A DNA stretch of 64,000 bases, from positions 3,232,001-3,296,000 of the forward strand of contig CAVYGB010000008.1 of the NCBI GenBank assembly GCA_963767925.1, given 5' to 3'. The stretch is from an uncultured delta proteobacterium. Lineage in GTDB: Bacteria > Myxococcota_A > Polyangia > Fen-1088. Numbering within the stretch: position 1 is the first letter of the stretch; every line of letters begins with the position of its first letter. Under the pieces are notes generated by a model. That model was given only the letters and a program-made list of their open reading frames with translations. It had not been told where the DNA came from and did no database searches. Made by a program: the position numbers and the translations under genes. Shown here one piece after another: positions 1 through 10,275 of this stretch.

Positions 1-967
1 CCCGGACCACCAGGTCGGCGGCCAGGTTGACCACGAAGGTGATGGAGAACAGCAGGATGCCGATGATGAACAGCACCTGGTAGTGGTCGGAGCCCACGCG
101 AGGCCTCGCCCAGCTCGGCGGCGATGGTGGCGGTCAGGGTCCGCACCGGATCGAAGATGCTGTCCGGGATGTTGACGGCGTGGCCGGTGGCCATCAGCAC
201 CGCCATGGTCTCGCCCACCGCCCGGCCCACCCCCAGCAGCACCGCCGCCAGCAGGCCGTTCTTGGCCGCCGGCAGCAGCACCCGGTAGATGGTCTGCCAG
301 CGGGTGGCCCCCAGCGGCCAGCGCCGCCTCGCGGTAGGAGTCGGGCACCGCCTTGAGGGCGTCCTCGCCGATGCTGACCATGATGGGCACGCTCATCAGC
401 GCCAGCAACAGAGCGCCGTTGAAGACGTTGAGCCCCACCGGCACGTGGAACACCTTCTGGATGAGGGGGTTCATCACCGAGATGCCGATGAAGCCCCAGA
501 CCACCGAGGGGATGGCGGCCAGCAGCTCGATGACGATCTTCAGGGTCTCCTTGCGTCCGCTTGCCGCAGAACTCGGAGACGAAGACCGCCGCCCCCAGGC
601 CGAAGGGGACCGCCATCACCATGGCCAGCAGGGTCACGCTGGCCGTGCCGACGATGAGCGCCAGCACCCCGTAGCGAACGTTGCTGTGCGAGGTGGGGAA
701 CCACTCGGTGCTGAACAGGAACTGGCCCAGGTCCAGCCCGCCGAACAGCAGCCCGGCCCCCTCGCGCACGACGAAGAAGAAGATGCCGAAGACGAACAGG
801 ATGGCGCTGACGCCACAGAACTGGATCACCCACTCGAGGGTGGTCTCCCCGATCAGCTCCCAGGTGCGCCGCCGCGCGGGCAGGCGCACCGTCACACGCA
901 GCTCGGGAGCCGGGGCGCCGGCGGAGGTGGTCAGCTTCGCCGGCAATTCGGTGGTGTCCCCGTTCAC
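1..967 (-). CDS. pstC: Phosphate ABC transporter permease PstC (3' end outside window; apparent frameshifts)
   Basis: N-terminus ...YGVLALIVGTASVTLLAMVMAVPFGLGAAVFVSEF; C-terminal frame GETMAVLMATG...RTLTATIAAELGE; directly downstream of pstS. Confidence 0.9.
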
Positions 968-1003
968 GTTTCGACCTCGGTCACGTCTCGTTGTCCGGCC
1001 CGA

Positions 1004-1930
1004 TCACTTCTTGGGCAGCGGCACGTAGCCGGTCTGCTCGACGATCTTCTGCCCGACGTCCGAGAGGATCCAGTCGAGGTACTTGCTGGACGTGCCGGCG
1101 AGGGCTCGCCCGGGGTGTACATGAACATCGGGCGAGAGATGGGGTAGCTCTTGTCGAGCACGGTGGCGATGCTGGGCTCGATCGCCGGTCTCACCCTTCT
1201 TCTTGGCGAAACCTTGACGATCTTGACGTCGGCGGTGGCGTAGCCGAGGCCGCTGTAGCCGATGGCCCCCGCGGTCTTGCCCACCAGCTCGACGACCTCC
1301 TTCGACCCGTTCATGTCCATCGACCCGGGCTTGAAGTCGTTCTTCTTGCCCACCACGGTCTCCCGGAAGTAGGCGTAGGTGCCGGAGTTGTTCTGTCGGC
1401 TCACCCGGATGATGTCCTCGCTCTTGGCGCCGGGCACATTGGCCACGCCGAGGTCGGACCACTTGTTGATCTTGCCGCCCTCCTTGTAGATCTCGGCGAG
1501 CTCTTCCATGCTGATGGTCTCGAGCGGGTTGTCCTTGTGGACGTAGATGGCGAGGCCATCGAAGCCGACCAGGAACTCCTTGGGCTCTTTGCCGTGTTTG
1601 CGGGCGTCTTCGATCTCCTCGGGCTCGAGCTGGCGGCTGGAGTTGGCGATCTCGGCGGTGCCGTTGATGAGCGCGGCCACCCCGACGCCCGAGCCACCGC
1701 CCGAGACCTCGACCGAGACGGCGGGCGCCGACCTTGGCGTATTCCTCGGCCCAGGCCTGGGCCAGGTTGACCATCGTGTCCGAGCCGATGTTCTGGATGG
1801 CGATGCCGGTCTCGGCGCTCTGTTTCCGCTTGCAACCGGGGGTCAGGACCGCGCCGGCGGTCAGCAGGGCGCCGGCGGCCAGGACCACGCCGAGGCGGGT
1901 GGAGAGGGCTGGTCGTAGCTGGCGGTTCAT
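1004..1930 (-). CDS. pstS: Phosphate ABC transporter substrate-binding lipoprotein PstS (apparent frameshifts)
   Basis: Signal peptide and lipobox (TPGC); GSDTM, IANSSR, SRQNNSGT, IGYSGLGY and YPISRPM motifs split over frames. Confidence 0.9.
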   Translation of the reverse strand: MNRQLRPALSTRLGVVLAAGALLTAGAVLTPGCKRKQSAETGIAIQNIGSDTMVNLAQAWAEEYAKVGARRLGRGLGRWLGRRGGRAHQRHRRDRQLQPPARARGDRRRPQTRQRAQGVPGRLRWPRHLRPQGQPARDHQHGRARRDLQGGRQDQQVVRPRRGQCARRQERGHHPGEPTEQLRHLRLLPGDRGGQEERLQARVDGHERVEGGRRAGGQDRGGHRLQRPRLRHRRRQDRQGFAKKKGETGDRAQHRHRARQELPHLSPDVHVHPGRALAGTSSKYLDWILSDVGQKIVEQTGYVPLPKK

Positions 1931-1959
1931 GGGGTCGTCTCCTTGATGGGGTCGGTCGC

Positions 1960-3061
1960 TCAGTCGATGGCGTCGCCCAGGACGGCCTCGACCAGGTCCT
2001 GAACATGGGCGGCGAGGAAGTCGTAGGTCTCCTGGTAGGCCGCGCGCACCTCGGCGGGGCTGCCTTGCACCGCCGACGGATCGCGCACGCGTCCAGTCGA
2101 GGCAAACCGCCTTGGTGGGCGGCGGGGGGAACACCCGTTGCGCCTCTTGCGCCAGCGCCACGATGATCTGGTAGTGGTCCAGGTGCGGAATCTGGTCCAG
2201 GCCTTTCGAGGTGTGGCGCGAGATATCGACGCCCCTGCTCCTTGAGGAAGGAAGCGGTGGTCGGGGTCTATGGGTCGCGCGTCGAGTCCGGCGCTGGCGA
2301 AGACGAACTTGGGCTGGCCCGAGGGCGTTGCCGATCGCCTCGGCCATCTGGCTGCGGCAGGAGTTGTGCTCGTCGACGAACAGCAGCCGGTAGATGTCGC
2401 TGCCCGAGTGCTTGTGGTATTCGCCGGTGCACATGTAGAGCACCTCCTGGCAGATGCTCTTGGCCTGATCCCCCACCCGCTCGAAGCGGTTGACGATGGT
2501 CATCAGGGGGGCCAGCGCCTGCAGGGGAATCCGCCCCTGCTGCTGCATGCTGACGAGGTCGGCGTTGAGCTGGTGCCGCTGGCGATCGATCAGCTCCTCG
2601 GCCTCCATGGCCCGCCGGGCCAGGGCGGCGTCCTGGGTGAGGAAGGCCTCGATGGCGGAATGCAACATCGGGATGGCCCGCCCGGCCAGCTCGCTGTAGC
2701 GTTCGGTGGGCAGGGCGAACTCGAGCGAGCCGAGGATGACCACCTGGCGGGCGATGCTCTCGGCGTAGTCACCGACCCGCTCGAGCTCGGAGTTGATCTT
2801 GATGGCGGCGTAGGCGAAGCGCAGCGTGCCGGCCACCGGCTGCTGGCGCACGATGAACTCCAGGCAGAGCCGATCGATCTCCTTCTCCAGCTCGTCGATA
2901 CGCTGGTCGCGCACGATCACCGAATAGGCGGTCTGGCGGTTGCGTTCGGTGAGGGCCCGCATCGAGGTCTTCAGGGCAGCTTCGGCCAGGCTGCCCATCT
3001 GTCGGATCTTCGAGCGGATGCGTTCGATGTCGCGCTGGAGGGTCTCTTCGTAGTGGGTCAC
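1960..3061 (-). CDS. phoU: PhoU phosphate-signalling protein fused to a C-terminal LMW-PTP/ArsC-like domain
   Basis: Two PhoU repeats (ELERVGDYAESIA, RFERVGDQAKSIC), then LLFVDEHNSCRSQMAE and a C-terminal W..DP motif; frameshifts in the C-terminal part. Confidence 0.85.
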
Positions 3062-3252
3062 GGTCGTCTCCCGACGCTGAGGCGGGGCGGTCGCGCGCGA
3101 GCCGCCAGCAAAGGCCGCCGGGCACATGGCGGTGGCGGGGGTGGGGGGCTCACGCGGGCCCAGATATGTCACAGTTCCGGGGCCGCTCGCAAAGGGCAAT
3201 CCTTCCCCAAAGGACCTCCAAAACCGACCGAGTTCAGGTCGGCGACGTCCAG

Positions 3253-3270
3253 GTGACAGTTTTGTGCCAA
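3253..3270 (-). promoter_or_regulatory. Putative Pho box (PhoB-type direct repeat) upstream of phoU-pstSC
   Basis: Minus strand TTGGCACAAAACTGTCAC matches CTGTCATAAAACTGTCAC at 15/18 positions, about 190 bp upstream of phoU. Confidence 0.6.
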
Positions 3271-3361
3271 CTTCGGGCGGCAACTTCCTGGCCGCGGGTC
3301 CGATAGGAAACAGCGCTCACCTGCCGCGACGCAGAGAACGCGATCCCGCTCAGGAGCCCGC

Positions 3362-4207
3362 ATGATGGTAACCAAGCTGCCCGATTGGACCGGCCGACGG
3401 GGGACCCGGGTGGCCCTGATCGGCGCGGCCACCGCGGTGCTGCTGCTGCCGCCGCTGGCTGCGGGCGCGGCGCCGGGACGCGGACGGCTCGTCCCCCTCG
3501 CGCCCGCGCAGGCCCCTCCGCTCGAGCCGGCCTCGCCGCCGGCACCGCCGCTGCTGCCCGATCCGGGACGCACGCCCTACCCTGCTCCCGGGTACGCGCG
3601 CTGGCACCTGCCGCCCGCCCCGCCCGACACCTACCTCGATGATCTCCCGCCCGAGACCGAGGGGCGCCACACCGGCTTTTTCATGCGGCTCTCGGTCGGC
3701 CCCGGTTACTACCGGATGTGGGCCGACGCCGCCGAGGGGACGATGGCGCTGCGGGCAGCCGGGGCCGGCCTGACGCTGGGCCTGGGGGGCGCGCTCTCGG
3801 AGAACGTCGTCCTGTTCGGAGAGATGGCCCTGCAGACCACCATCGACCCCCGGGTCGACACCTACGCGGGCAACGGCTCGCGCCCCGGCACGGCGGTGAC
3901 GACGGCGGCGGTGGGACTCGGCGCCGGCTACCACCTGATGCCCGCCCAGGTGTTCGTGGCCGGCTCGCTGCTGCTGGCGCAGGCGCGCGCGGTGGATCGT
4001 CCCACCGAACGGTTGCTGGGCAAGACCGACGTGGGGCCGGGGCTGGCCCTGGCGGTCGGGCGAGACTGGTGGCTGACGCCGAGCTGGACCATCGGCGTGC
4101 TGGGGCGGTTTCAGCTCGCGCGGCTGCGCGATCCGGCCCACGGGAAGGGGGCCGCGATGTGGGGCGCCCTCGCCCTGTCGATCGCCTTCTCCGTCGCCTT
4201 CGAGTGA
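3362..4207 (+). CDS. Hypothetical outer-membrane beta-barrel protein with Pro-rich N-terminal linker
   Basis: Signal-like N-terminus, Pro-rich segment, alternating amphipathic strands, aromatic residue near the C-terminus. Confidence 0.55.
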   Translation: MMVTKLPDWTGRRGTRVALIGAATAVLLLPPLAAGAAPGRGRLVPLAPAQAPPLEPASPPAPPLLPDPGRTPYPAPGYARWHLPPAPPDTYLDDLPPETEGRHTGFFMRLSVGPGYYRMWADAAEGTMALRAAGAGLTLGLGGALSENVVLFGEMALQTTIDPRVDTYAGNGSRPGTAVTTAAVGLGAGYHLMPAQVFVAGSLLLAQARAVDRPTERLLGKTDVGPGLALAVGRDWWLTPSWTIGVLGRFQLARLRDPAHGKGAAMWGALALSIAFSVAFE

Positions 4208-4232
4208 GGCGAGGGCGCGACGGCGTCCGGAG

Positions 4233-5849
4233 TCAGCCGCCGGTCCCGGGCAGGGCGGCGAGCAGACGGGCGGTGTAAGGGTGGGCCGGCTGCTCGAGCA
4301 CGCGATCGGCCGGGCCCTGCTCCACGATCTGCCCGCCGTACAGCACCAGCACCCGATCGGCGAAGGCCCGCGCGCCCACCAGATCGTGGGTCACGAACAG
4401 GAAGCCCAGGCCCCGCACCTGCTGCAGCCGCTGCACGATGGCCAGCACGTCGCGCCGGATCGAGGCGTCGAGCATGCTGGCCGGCTCGTCGGCCAGCACC
4501 AGGGCCGGCTCGACCGCCAGCGCCCGGGCGATGCACACCCGCTGGCGCTGGCCGCCCGAGAGCTGATGGGGGTACTTGCGGGCGAGGTCGGCGGCGGGGG
4601 TCAACCCCACGCTCTCGAGCAGGGCCAGCATCCGTTCGGACCGCAGGGTCCGGTCGGTCATCCGGCGGTGCAGGATCAGCGGCCGCTCCAGGTGGTGGGC
4701 CACCGTGCGGGCGGGGTTGAGGGCGGCGAAGGGGTCCTGGAAGATGACCTGCACCGCCGCCCGGTAGGCCAGCGAGGCGCGCCCGGGCTCCTCGGCCAGC
4801 ACCGAGCGCCCCTCGAGGAGGATCTCGCCCTGGCTGGGTGCCAGCAGGCGGGCGATCAGGCGGACGATGGTGCTCTTGCCCGAGCCGGACGCCCCCACCA
4901 GGGCCACCGCCTCTCCCGCCCGCACCTCGAAGGAGACGTCGTCGACCGCCTGGACGCGGCGGGCCCGGCGGCCCCACCCCGAGACGAAGGTCTTGCCGAG
5001 GCCGCGGACGGCGAGCAACGGGGGATCTTCGCCGCCGGCGGCCGGGCGCGCGGCGGCCGGGTGGCTGCTGGCGGTGAAGGCGGCGAGGAGCTGGCGGGTG
5101 TAGGGGTGGCGGGCGCCTTCGGACAGGGAGCGGGCGGGGGCGGTCTCGACGAGCTGGCCCCGGTGCAGGACGCCCACCCGGGCGCAGACCGCCAGGGTCA
5201 GGGCCAGGTCGTGGCTGATGAACAGGACGGCGAAGCCGAGGCTCTCCTGCAGCTTCAGGATGTGGGTCAGGATCTCCCGGGCCAGGATGACGTCGAGCGC
5301 GGCGGTCGGCTCGTCGAGGATCAGCAGCCCCGGACCCAGGGCCAGGGCCAGGGCGATCACCGCGCGTTGCCGCATGCCGCCCGACAGCTCGTGGGCGAAG
5401 CTGGCGCCCGCCGACCGGGGCAGGCCGACCTGCTGGCACAGCTCGAGGGCCCGCTCCCGGGCCGCAGTCCGATCCATCGCCTCGTGGGCCCGGATGGCGT
5501 CGCCGATCTGGTGGGCGATCGGCAGCAGCGGGTGGAGGGCGTTCATCCCGCTCTGGGGGACCAGGGAGGCCTGCCGCCCGCGCACGCCGCGCAGCTCGCG
5601 ATCCGACAGGGCGAGCAGATCGCGCCCTTGCAGGCAGACGCGCCCGCCCGCGATCACCGCGGGCGGCAGCAGCAGGCGCAGCAGAGCCAGGGCCAGGGTC
5701 GACTTGCCGCTGCCCGATTCGCCGACCAGGCCGAACACCTCGCCCGGGGCCACCCGGAAAGAGACGCCGTCGACCGCCCGCAGGGGGCCGCTGTCGAGCA
5801 GGTAGTCGACCGTGAGATCTTCGACCGACAGCACGTCAGGCGGGGCCAT
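4233..5849 (-). CDS. Peptide/oligosaccharide ABC transporter ATP-binding protein (two fused NBDs, DppD/F-like)
   Basis: Two Walker A motifs (GESGSGKS, GASGSGKS), LSGGMRQR/LSGGQRQR signatures, HPYT motifs. Confidence 0.9.
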   Translation of the reverse strand: MAPPDVLSVEDLTVDYLLDSGPLRAVDGVSFRVAPGEVFGLVGESGSGKSTLALALLRLLLPPAVIAGGRVCLQGRDLLALSDRELRGVRGRQASLVPQSGMNALHPLLPIAHQIGDAIRAHEAMDRTAARERALELCQQVGLPRSAGASFAHELSGGMRQRAVIALALALGPGLLILDEPTAALDVILAREILTHILKLQESLGFAVLFISHDLALTLAVCARVGVLHRGQLVETAPARSLSEGARHPYTRQLLAAFTASSHPAAARPAAGGEDPPLLAVRGLGKTFVSGWGRRARRVQAVDDVSFEVRAGEAVALVGASGSGKSTIVRLIARLLAPSQGEILLEGRSVLAEEPGRASLAYRAAVQVIFQDPFAALNPARTVAHHLERPLILHRRMTDRTLRSERMLALLESVGLTPAADLARKYPHQLSGGQRQRVCIARALAVEPALVLADEPASMLDASIRRDVLAIVQRLQQVRGLGFLFVTHDLVGARAFADRVLVLYGGQIVEQGPADRVLEQPAHPYTARLLAALPGTGG

Positions 5850-6750
5850 CGGACCTCCCGACCACCGGGGTGGCGGCGTCGGCGCCGGTGACCCCCGGGA
5901 CCGCCCGCTGGAACGCCCGCTCGATCCGCAGGCGCGGGTTGCCGAGCTCGTCGAGGGCGCCGTTGACCAGCACCAGGGCGAAGCCGACCAGCCCCACGCA
6001 CAGGCCGGCCGGCACGAAGGTCCACCAGGACCCGGTCAGCAGGGCGGCGTCGCTGCGGGCCCAGTAGAGGATGGTCCCCCAGGTGACCCGCTCGACGTCG
6101 CCGATGCCGAGGAACTCCAGCCCCACGAGGGCGGCGATGGCGTAGAGCACGGCGCCGATGAAGCAGGAGACCGCCAGGGGCACCATGTTGGGCAGGATCT
6201 CGCACAGCACGATGCGGAGCGGGTGCTCGCCGAGCGCGCGGGCGGCGGCCACGAAGTCCCGCTCGCGCAGGGCCTGGGTCTGGGCGCGCAGCACCCGCGC
6301 CGTCCAGGCCCAGCCGGTCACCGCCAGCACCAGGGCCATGGCGGCCGGCCCGGGCGACAGGTAGGCGGCGATCACCACCATGAGCGGCAGGCCCGGCACC
6401 ATGAGGAAGACGTTGATGAGCAGGCTGAACACGTCGTCCACCACGCCGCCGAGGTACCCCGCCGCCGCCCCCACCAGGGTGCCCACCAGCACCACGATGA
6501 AGCCCGCCCCGAAGCCGATGAGCAGCGTGGGGCGGGCGGCCGCCACCGTCCGCCACAACACGTCTTGCCCCTGGCCGTTGGTCCCCAGCAGGTGCTGGCC
6601 CGAGGGGGGCTCGAAGGGGGGGCCCACCGGCAAGGTGGGATCGCCGACCAGCCAGGGGCCGACCAGGGCCATCAGCACGAACAGCGCCAGCAGGATCAGG
6701 CCGGCGAGGGCCTTGCGGCTGGACAGGAGGGCGCGCAGCAGCGTGCTCAT
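5836..6750 (-). CDS. ABC transporter permease (DppC/OppC-like)
   Basis: HLLGTNGQGQD, EAA loop (DFVAAARALG), EILPN, multiple TM segments. Confidence 0.9.
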   Translation of the reverse strand: MSTLLRALLSSRKALAGLILLALFVLMALVGPWLVGDPTLPVGPPFEPPSGQHLLGTNGQGQDVLWRTVAAARPTLLIGFGAGFIVVLVGTLVGAAAGYLGGVVDDVFSLLINVFLMVPGLPLMVVIAAYLSPGPAAMALVLAVTGWAWTARVLRAQTQALRERDFVAAARALGEHPLRIVLCEILPNMVPLAVSCFIGAVLYAIAALVGLEFLGIGDVERVTWGTILYWARSDAALLTGSWWTFVPAGLCVGLVGFALVLVNGALDELGNPRLRIERAFQRAVPGVTGADAATPVVGRSDGPA

Positions 6751-6755
6751 GGCGT

Positions 6756-7736
6756 TCAGGTGCGGCGGCGCAGGCGCGGGTCGACCCAGGTGCTCACCAG
6801 GTCGAGCAGCAGGTTGGCGCCCAGAACGGCGAGGGTGATGGTGAGATAGAGCCCCTGGATGAGCGGATAGTCCAGGCTGGAGACGGCCCGCACCAGCAGA
6901 TAGCCCTGGCCCGGATAGGAGAAGACGATCTCGGTGAGCAGGGCGCCCGAGACGACGAAGCCGAGGGCCATGCCGAACCCGGCCAGGTTGGGCAGCAGGG
7001 CGTTGCGGGCGGCGTAGGCCAGCAGCAGGCGTCCCCGGGGCAGGCCGCTGGCCCGGGCCAGGGTCATGTAGTCCTCGGCGATGACGCCCATCATGGTGTT
7101 GCGCATGGCCAGCAGCCAGCTCCCCAGGGTGGCGAGCACCAGGGTCAGGCCGGGCAACACGGCGTGGGAGACCACGCTGGCCAGGAAGGTGAAGCTCCAC
7201 TGGGGGGTCAGGCCGTCGTCGTAGGCGTGGCGCACGGGGAACCAGCCGAGGGTGAAGCCGACGAGGTAGAGGGCCACCATGGCCAGCCAGAAGTAGGGCA
7301 AGGCTCCCAGGAAGGTGAGGGCCGCCGGCAGCAGCGAGTCGAGCCAGCCCCGCCGCCGCCAGGCGGCCAGCACGCCGAGCAAGGTGCCGAGCGCGAAGCT
7401 GATGACGACCGCCACCCCGCCCAGCAACAGGGTCCAGCCGAAGGCCCCGGCGATGACCCCGCTGACCGGAGCGGGGAAGTGGCTGATCGAGACGCCGAGC
7501 TCGCCGCGCGCGAGGTGCCCGAGGTAGTCGAGGTACTGCTGCAAGAGGGTGCCGTCGCCCAGGCCGAAGGAGCCCCGCAGGGCCTCCAGGGCCTCGGGCC
7601 GCAGCCGGCCGCGGAAGCGGGCCAGCAGCACCCGGGCGGGGTCGCCGGGGATGAGCCGGGGCAGGAAAAACGCCAGGGTCAACGAGGCCCAGGCCGCCAC
7701 CAGGTAAAAGCCGATCCGCCGCAGCAGGTAGCTCAT
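6756..7736 (-). CDS. ABC transporter permease (DppB/OppB-like)
   Basis: MSYLLRRIG...PGDP, EDYMTLARASG, ARNALLP, TEIVFSYPG, DPRLR. Confidence 0.9.
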   Translation of the reverse strand: MSYLLRRIGFYLVAAWASLTLAFFLPRLIPGDPARVLLARFRGRLRPEALEALRGSFGLGDGTLLQQYLDYLGHLARGELGVSISHFPAPVSGVIAGAFGWTLLLGGVAVVISFALGTLLGVLAAWRRRGWLDSLLPAALTFLGALPYFWLAMVALYLVGFTLGWFPVRHAYDDGLTPQWSFTFLASVVSHAVLPGLTLVLATLGSWLLAMRNTMMGVIAEDYMTLARASGLPRGRLLLAYAARNALLPNLAGFGMALGFVVSGALLTEIVFSYPGQGYLLVRAVSSLDYPLIQGLYLTITLAVLGANLLLDLVSTWVDPRLRRRT

Positions 7737-9400
7737 CGGGGGTGAAGGCGCGTGAGCACCAGCAGGGTCTGGGGGCCGTCGATGTAGGGGGCCAGCGGGG
7801 CGTAGGGCGAGCTGGCGTCGGGAAAGCCGGTGACCCGCCGGGTGTTGAACTCGCCCCACATGGTGCCGGGGAAGAGCGGGATGGCGGGGGCGTTCTCGAC
7901 GAACAGCCACTGCAGGCGGTTGACCAGACGGCGCTCCTCGAGGGGATCGATGGTGTCGGCGAGCGCGCCGAGGATGGTGTCGGCTTCGGGCAGCCCGAAG
8001 CGGTGCCAGTTGTAGGCCGCCGCCTCCCCCAGCGGGCGCACGGTGGTCGTCGACATCAGCGAGCGGTAAAAGCCGTAGGGCGTGGTCACCAGGTCCGACC
8101 AGGCCATCGACAGGTCGAAGTCCCCGGTCTGTAGCTTCTCGAACCAGGCGTTCTGCTCGCTGGTCCGGAAGATCACGTCGAGGCCGACCGCGCGCAGGCC
8201 GCGGGCGGCGATCTGGGCCCCGGTGATCCAGTCGGAGAAGCCGGCCGGCACCTGCAGGGTCAGCGAGAGGACCCGGCCCCCCCTGGTGCGGCGGCGCCCG
8301 TCGGGGCCGCGGCGCAGGCCGGCCTCGTCGAGCAGCCGCTCGGCCCGGGCGGGGTCGTGTTCGACCCAGTCGCCGGCGGCGACCGCGGCGGGATCCCGGT
8401 AGCGGGCGTAGGCGTCCGACAGGCCGGTGGCGTCGGCCGGGCGGGTGTAGCCGTGCATGGCGATGCCGGTGATCCGCTTGCGGTCGAGGGCCAGGCTGAT
8501 CGCCTTGCGCACGCGCACGTCGTCGAGCGGGGGGCGGCGGGTGTTGGCGTAGAGGAACACGGTGGCGTCGAGCATCGGGAACCAGTAGTGGTGATGGACG
8601 GGATCCCGGTCCCGGTAGACGCGCCCGATGGCGGGGATGAACGATCCGGCCCAGTCGAGCTCGCCGTGCAGCAGGGCGAGGATGGCCTGCTCGTTGGCGG
8701 CGTAGGCCCGGAAGCGCAGCCCCCGCAGGGCGGGCTTGCCGGGCTGCCAGTAGCGGGGGTTGCGGCCCACTTCATAGACCTGGGGCCGGAAGAAGGTCAC
8801 CTCGGTGAAGGGTCCGGTGGCCACCGGGTGCTCGTTGGCGAAGGAGACCGGATCGGGGACGTCCCGCCAGCGGTGCTCGGGCACGATGGCCTGCTGGGCG
8901 ATCGGCTCGAGGGCGGGGGCGTGGGCCCGGGCCAGGGTGACCACGACGGTGTGCTCCCCCTCGACGGCCACCGCCGTCACGTGCTCCCACAACCCGCGCC
9001 CGTCGAGGGCCGGGTAGCGGCGCAGGAGCTGGAAGGTGAACACCACGTCGCGCGCGGCGAAGGGGGCCCCGTCCGACCAGAGCACGCCCGGCCGCAGGGC
9101 GAAGCGCAGGGTCTTGCGGTCCTCGCTCCAGGTGTACCGCTCGGCCAGCCAGGGGACGTACTGGCCGAGCAGCGGGTTGTGGACGAGCATCGGCTCGTAC
9201 ATCGCCCGGCGGGTCGGCCAGCGCACGGGGCCCGCCTCCAGCAGCGGGTTGAAGTTCCGCACGAAGGAGGCGGTCTGCTCGGTCTCCTCGACCGCGATCA
9301 CCCCGGGCGGCAGCTTCTCGCCCCGCGGGACACAGCCGAGCGCCAGGAGCGCCGCACAGCCGACCCGCCAGGCGACGCCGCTGAGACCCATCGGGCACAT
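7733..9400 (-). CDS. ABC transporter substrate-binding lipoprotein, family 5 (probably oligosaccharide-binding)
   Basis: Lipobox ALGC; RNFNP, WLAE, WSDG.PF.A.DVVFTF, PVATGPF motifs. Confidence 0.85.
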   Translation of the reverse strand: MCPMGLSGVAWRVGCAALLALGCVPRGEKLPPGVIAVEETEQTASFVRNFNPLLEAGPVRWPTRRAMYEPMLVHNPLLGQYVPWLAERYTWSEDRKTLRFALRPGVLWSDGAPFAARDVVFTFQLLRRYPALDGRGLWEHVTAVAVEGEHTVVVTLARAHAPALEPIAQQAIVPEHRWRDVPDPVSFANEHPVATGPFTEVTFFRPQVYEVGRNPRYWQPGKPALRGLRFRAYAANEQAILALLHGELDWAGSFIPAIGRVYRDRDPVHHHYWFPMLDATVFLYANTRRPPLDDVRVRKAISLALDRKRITGIAMHGYTRPADATGLSDAYARYRDPAAVAAGDWVEHDPARAERLLDEAGLRRGPDGRRRTRGGRVLSLTLQVPAGFSDWITGAQIAARGLRAVGLDVIFRTSEQNAWFEKLQTGDFDLSMAWSDLVTTPYGFYRSLMSTTTVRPLGEAAAYNWHRFGLPEADTILGALADTIDPLEERRLVNRLQWLFVENAPAIPLFPGTMWGEFNTRRVTGFPDASSPYAPLAPYIDGPQTLLVLTRLHPR

Positions 9401-9588
9401 CTTAGCCCGCCTGGCCGCCAGCTTCGGCCCACGGCCGACGCACCGCCCTGAAGGGCGGGCCGGCGCGGGGGAGACGGCGGCGACGAGGGGGAGCACGGTC
9501 GATGGAGGAGACGCCCGGCGCGCGGATCTGGAGCACCCCGAGCCTCCGATCCGCCGGGGGGCGACCGAGGAGGCCCGCTCGCAGGGCG

Positions 9589-10275
9589 CTAACGCGGTTT
9601 GCGGCGCAGCGGGACGGTGGAGGCGTCGTGCCCGGCGAACTCCTGGAGGTAGCTGTTGCCCTTGTACTCCAGCTCCTGCTTCAGGCCGATCTCCGAGGAG
9701 TAGTAGGCGCGCGCCGCTTCGCGTTTGAGCTCCACGAAGAAGCGCTCCTCCGGCTTGACCGGCTTGCGCTCGTTGCGGGCCATCAGGGTGACGATGGCCA
9801 GCCGCCGGGCGGGGGTGATCGACAGGAAGGTGGCGCTGGCTCCGTACCGCCCGCGCGCCAGCTCGTCCACCAGCGCCAGCCCCTCGCGGAAGGTGCGCCG
9901 GTCGTCGACCGCGTCCTTGTCGAAGTCCGGGCCCTCGGCCAGGCGGCGATCGATCTCCTCGGCCACCTTGGCGGCGCGGGCGCCCGGGGAGTGAGCGTCG
10001 CTGGGGATGATGATCTCGCTCAGCTCGTCGACCAGGGCCAGCTCGGCGGCGGTCAGGAACTTGCCCGCCGCCCGGGGCTTGTCCGGGGTCGGCGCCGGCG
10101 GGGGCTGGGCCGCGGCCTGTCCGGCCGCGGCCAGCAGCACGGAGACCGCGCTGGCCGATCGGAGCAGGTCCCGGCGGGCCAGTCCCGAGTCGGGCCAGGG
10201 CTCGGCGAAGCTGGCCCCGGAGGTCCGCTCGCCCGCGGTCGCCTCGTCGTCGTCTTGGTCGCGGTATCGGCTCAT
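9589..10275 (-). CDS. Gluconate 2-dehydrogenase subunit 3 family protein (Tat small subunit of a flavin dehydrogenase)
   Basis: Twin-arginine ARRDLL; IIPSDAHSPGA, AYYSSEIG, ELEYKGN; overlaps the GMC gene stop. Confidence 0.8.
   Translation of the reverse strand: MSRYRDQDDDEATAGERTSGASFAEPWPDSGLARRDLLRSASAVSVLLAAAGQAAAQPPPAPTPDKPRAAGKFLTAAELALVDELSEIIIPSDAHSPGARAAKVAEEIDRRLAEGPDFDKDAVDDRRTFREGLALVDELARGRYGASATFLSITPARRLAIVTLMARNERKPVKPEERFFVELKREAARAYYSSEIGLKQELEYKGNSYLQEFAGHDASTVPLRRKPR

Noticed and set aside
3255..3270. TGGCAC as a sigma54 promoter for phoU
   Set aside because: The -12 position reads TC rather than GC; the sequence fits a Pho box better.
1004..3283. 759-aa ORF suggesting a PhoU-PstS fusion
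   Set aside because: Produced by frameshifts; phoU has its own stop near 1960, and pstS has its own RBS, start and signal peptide at 1930.
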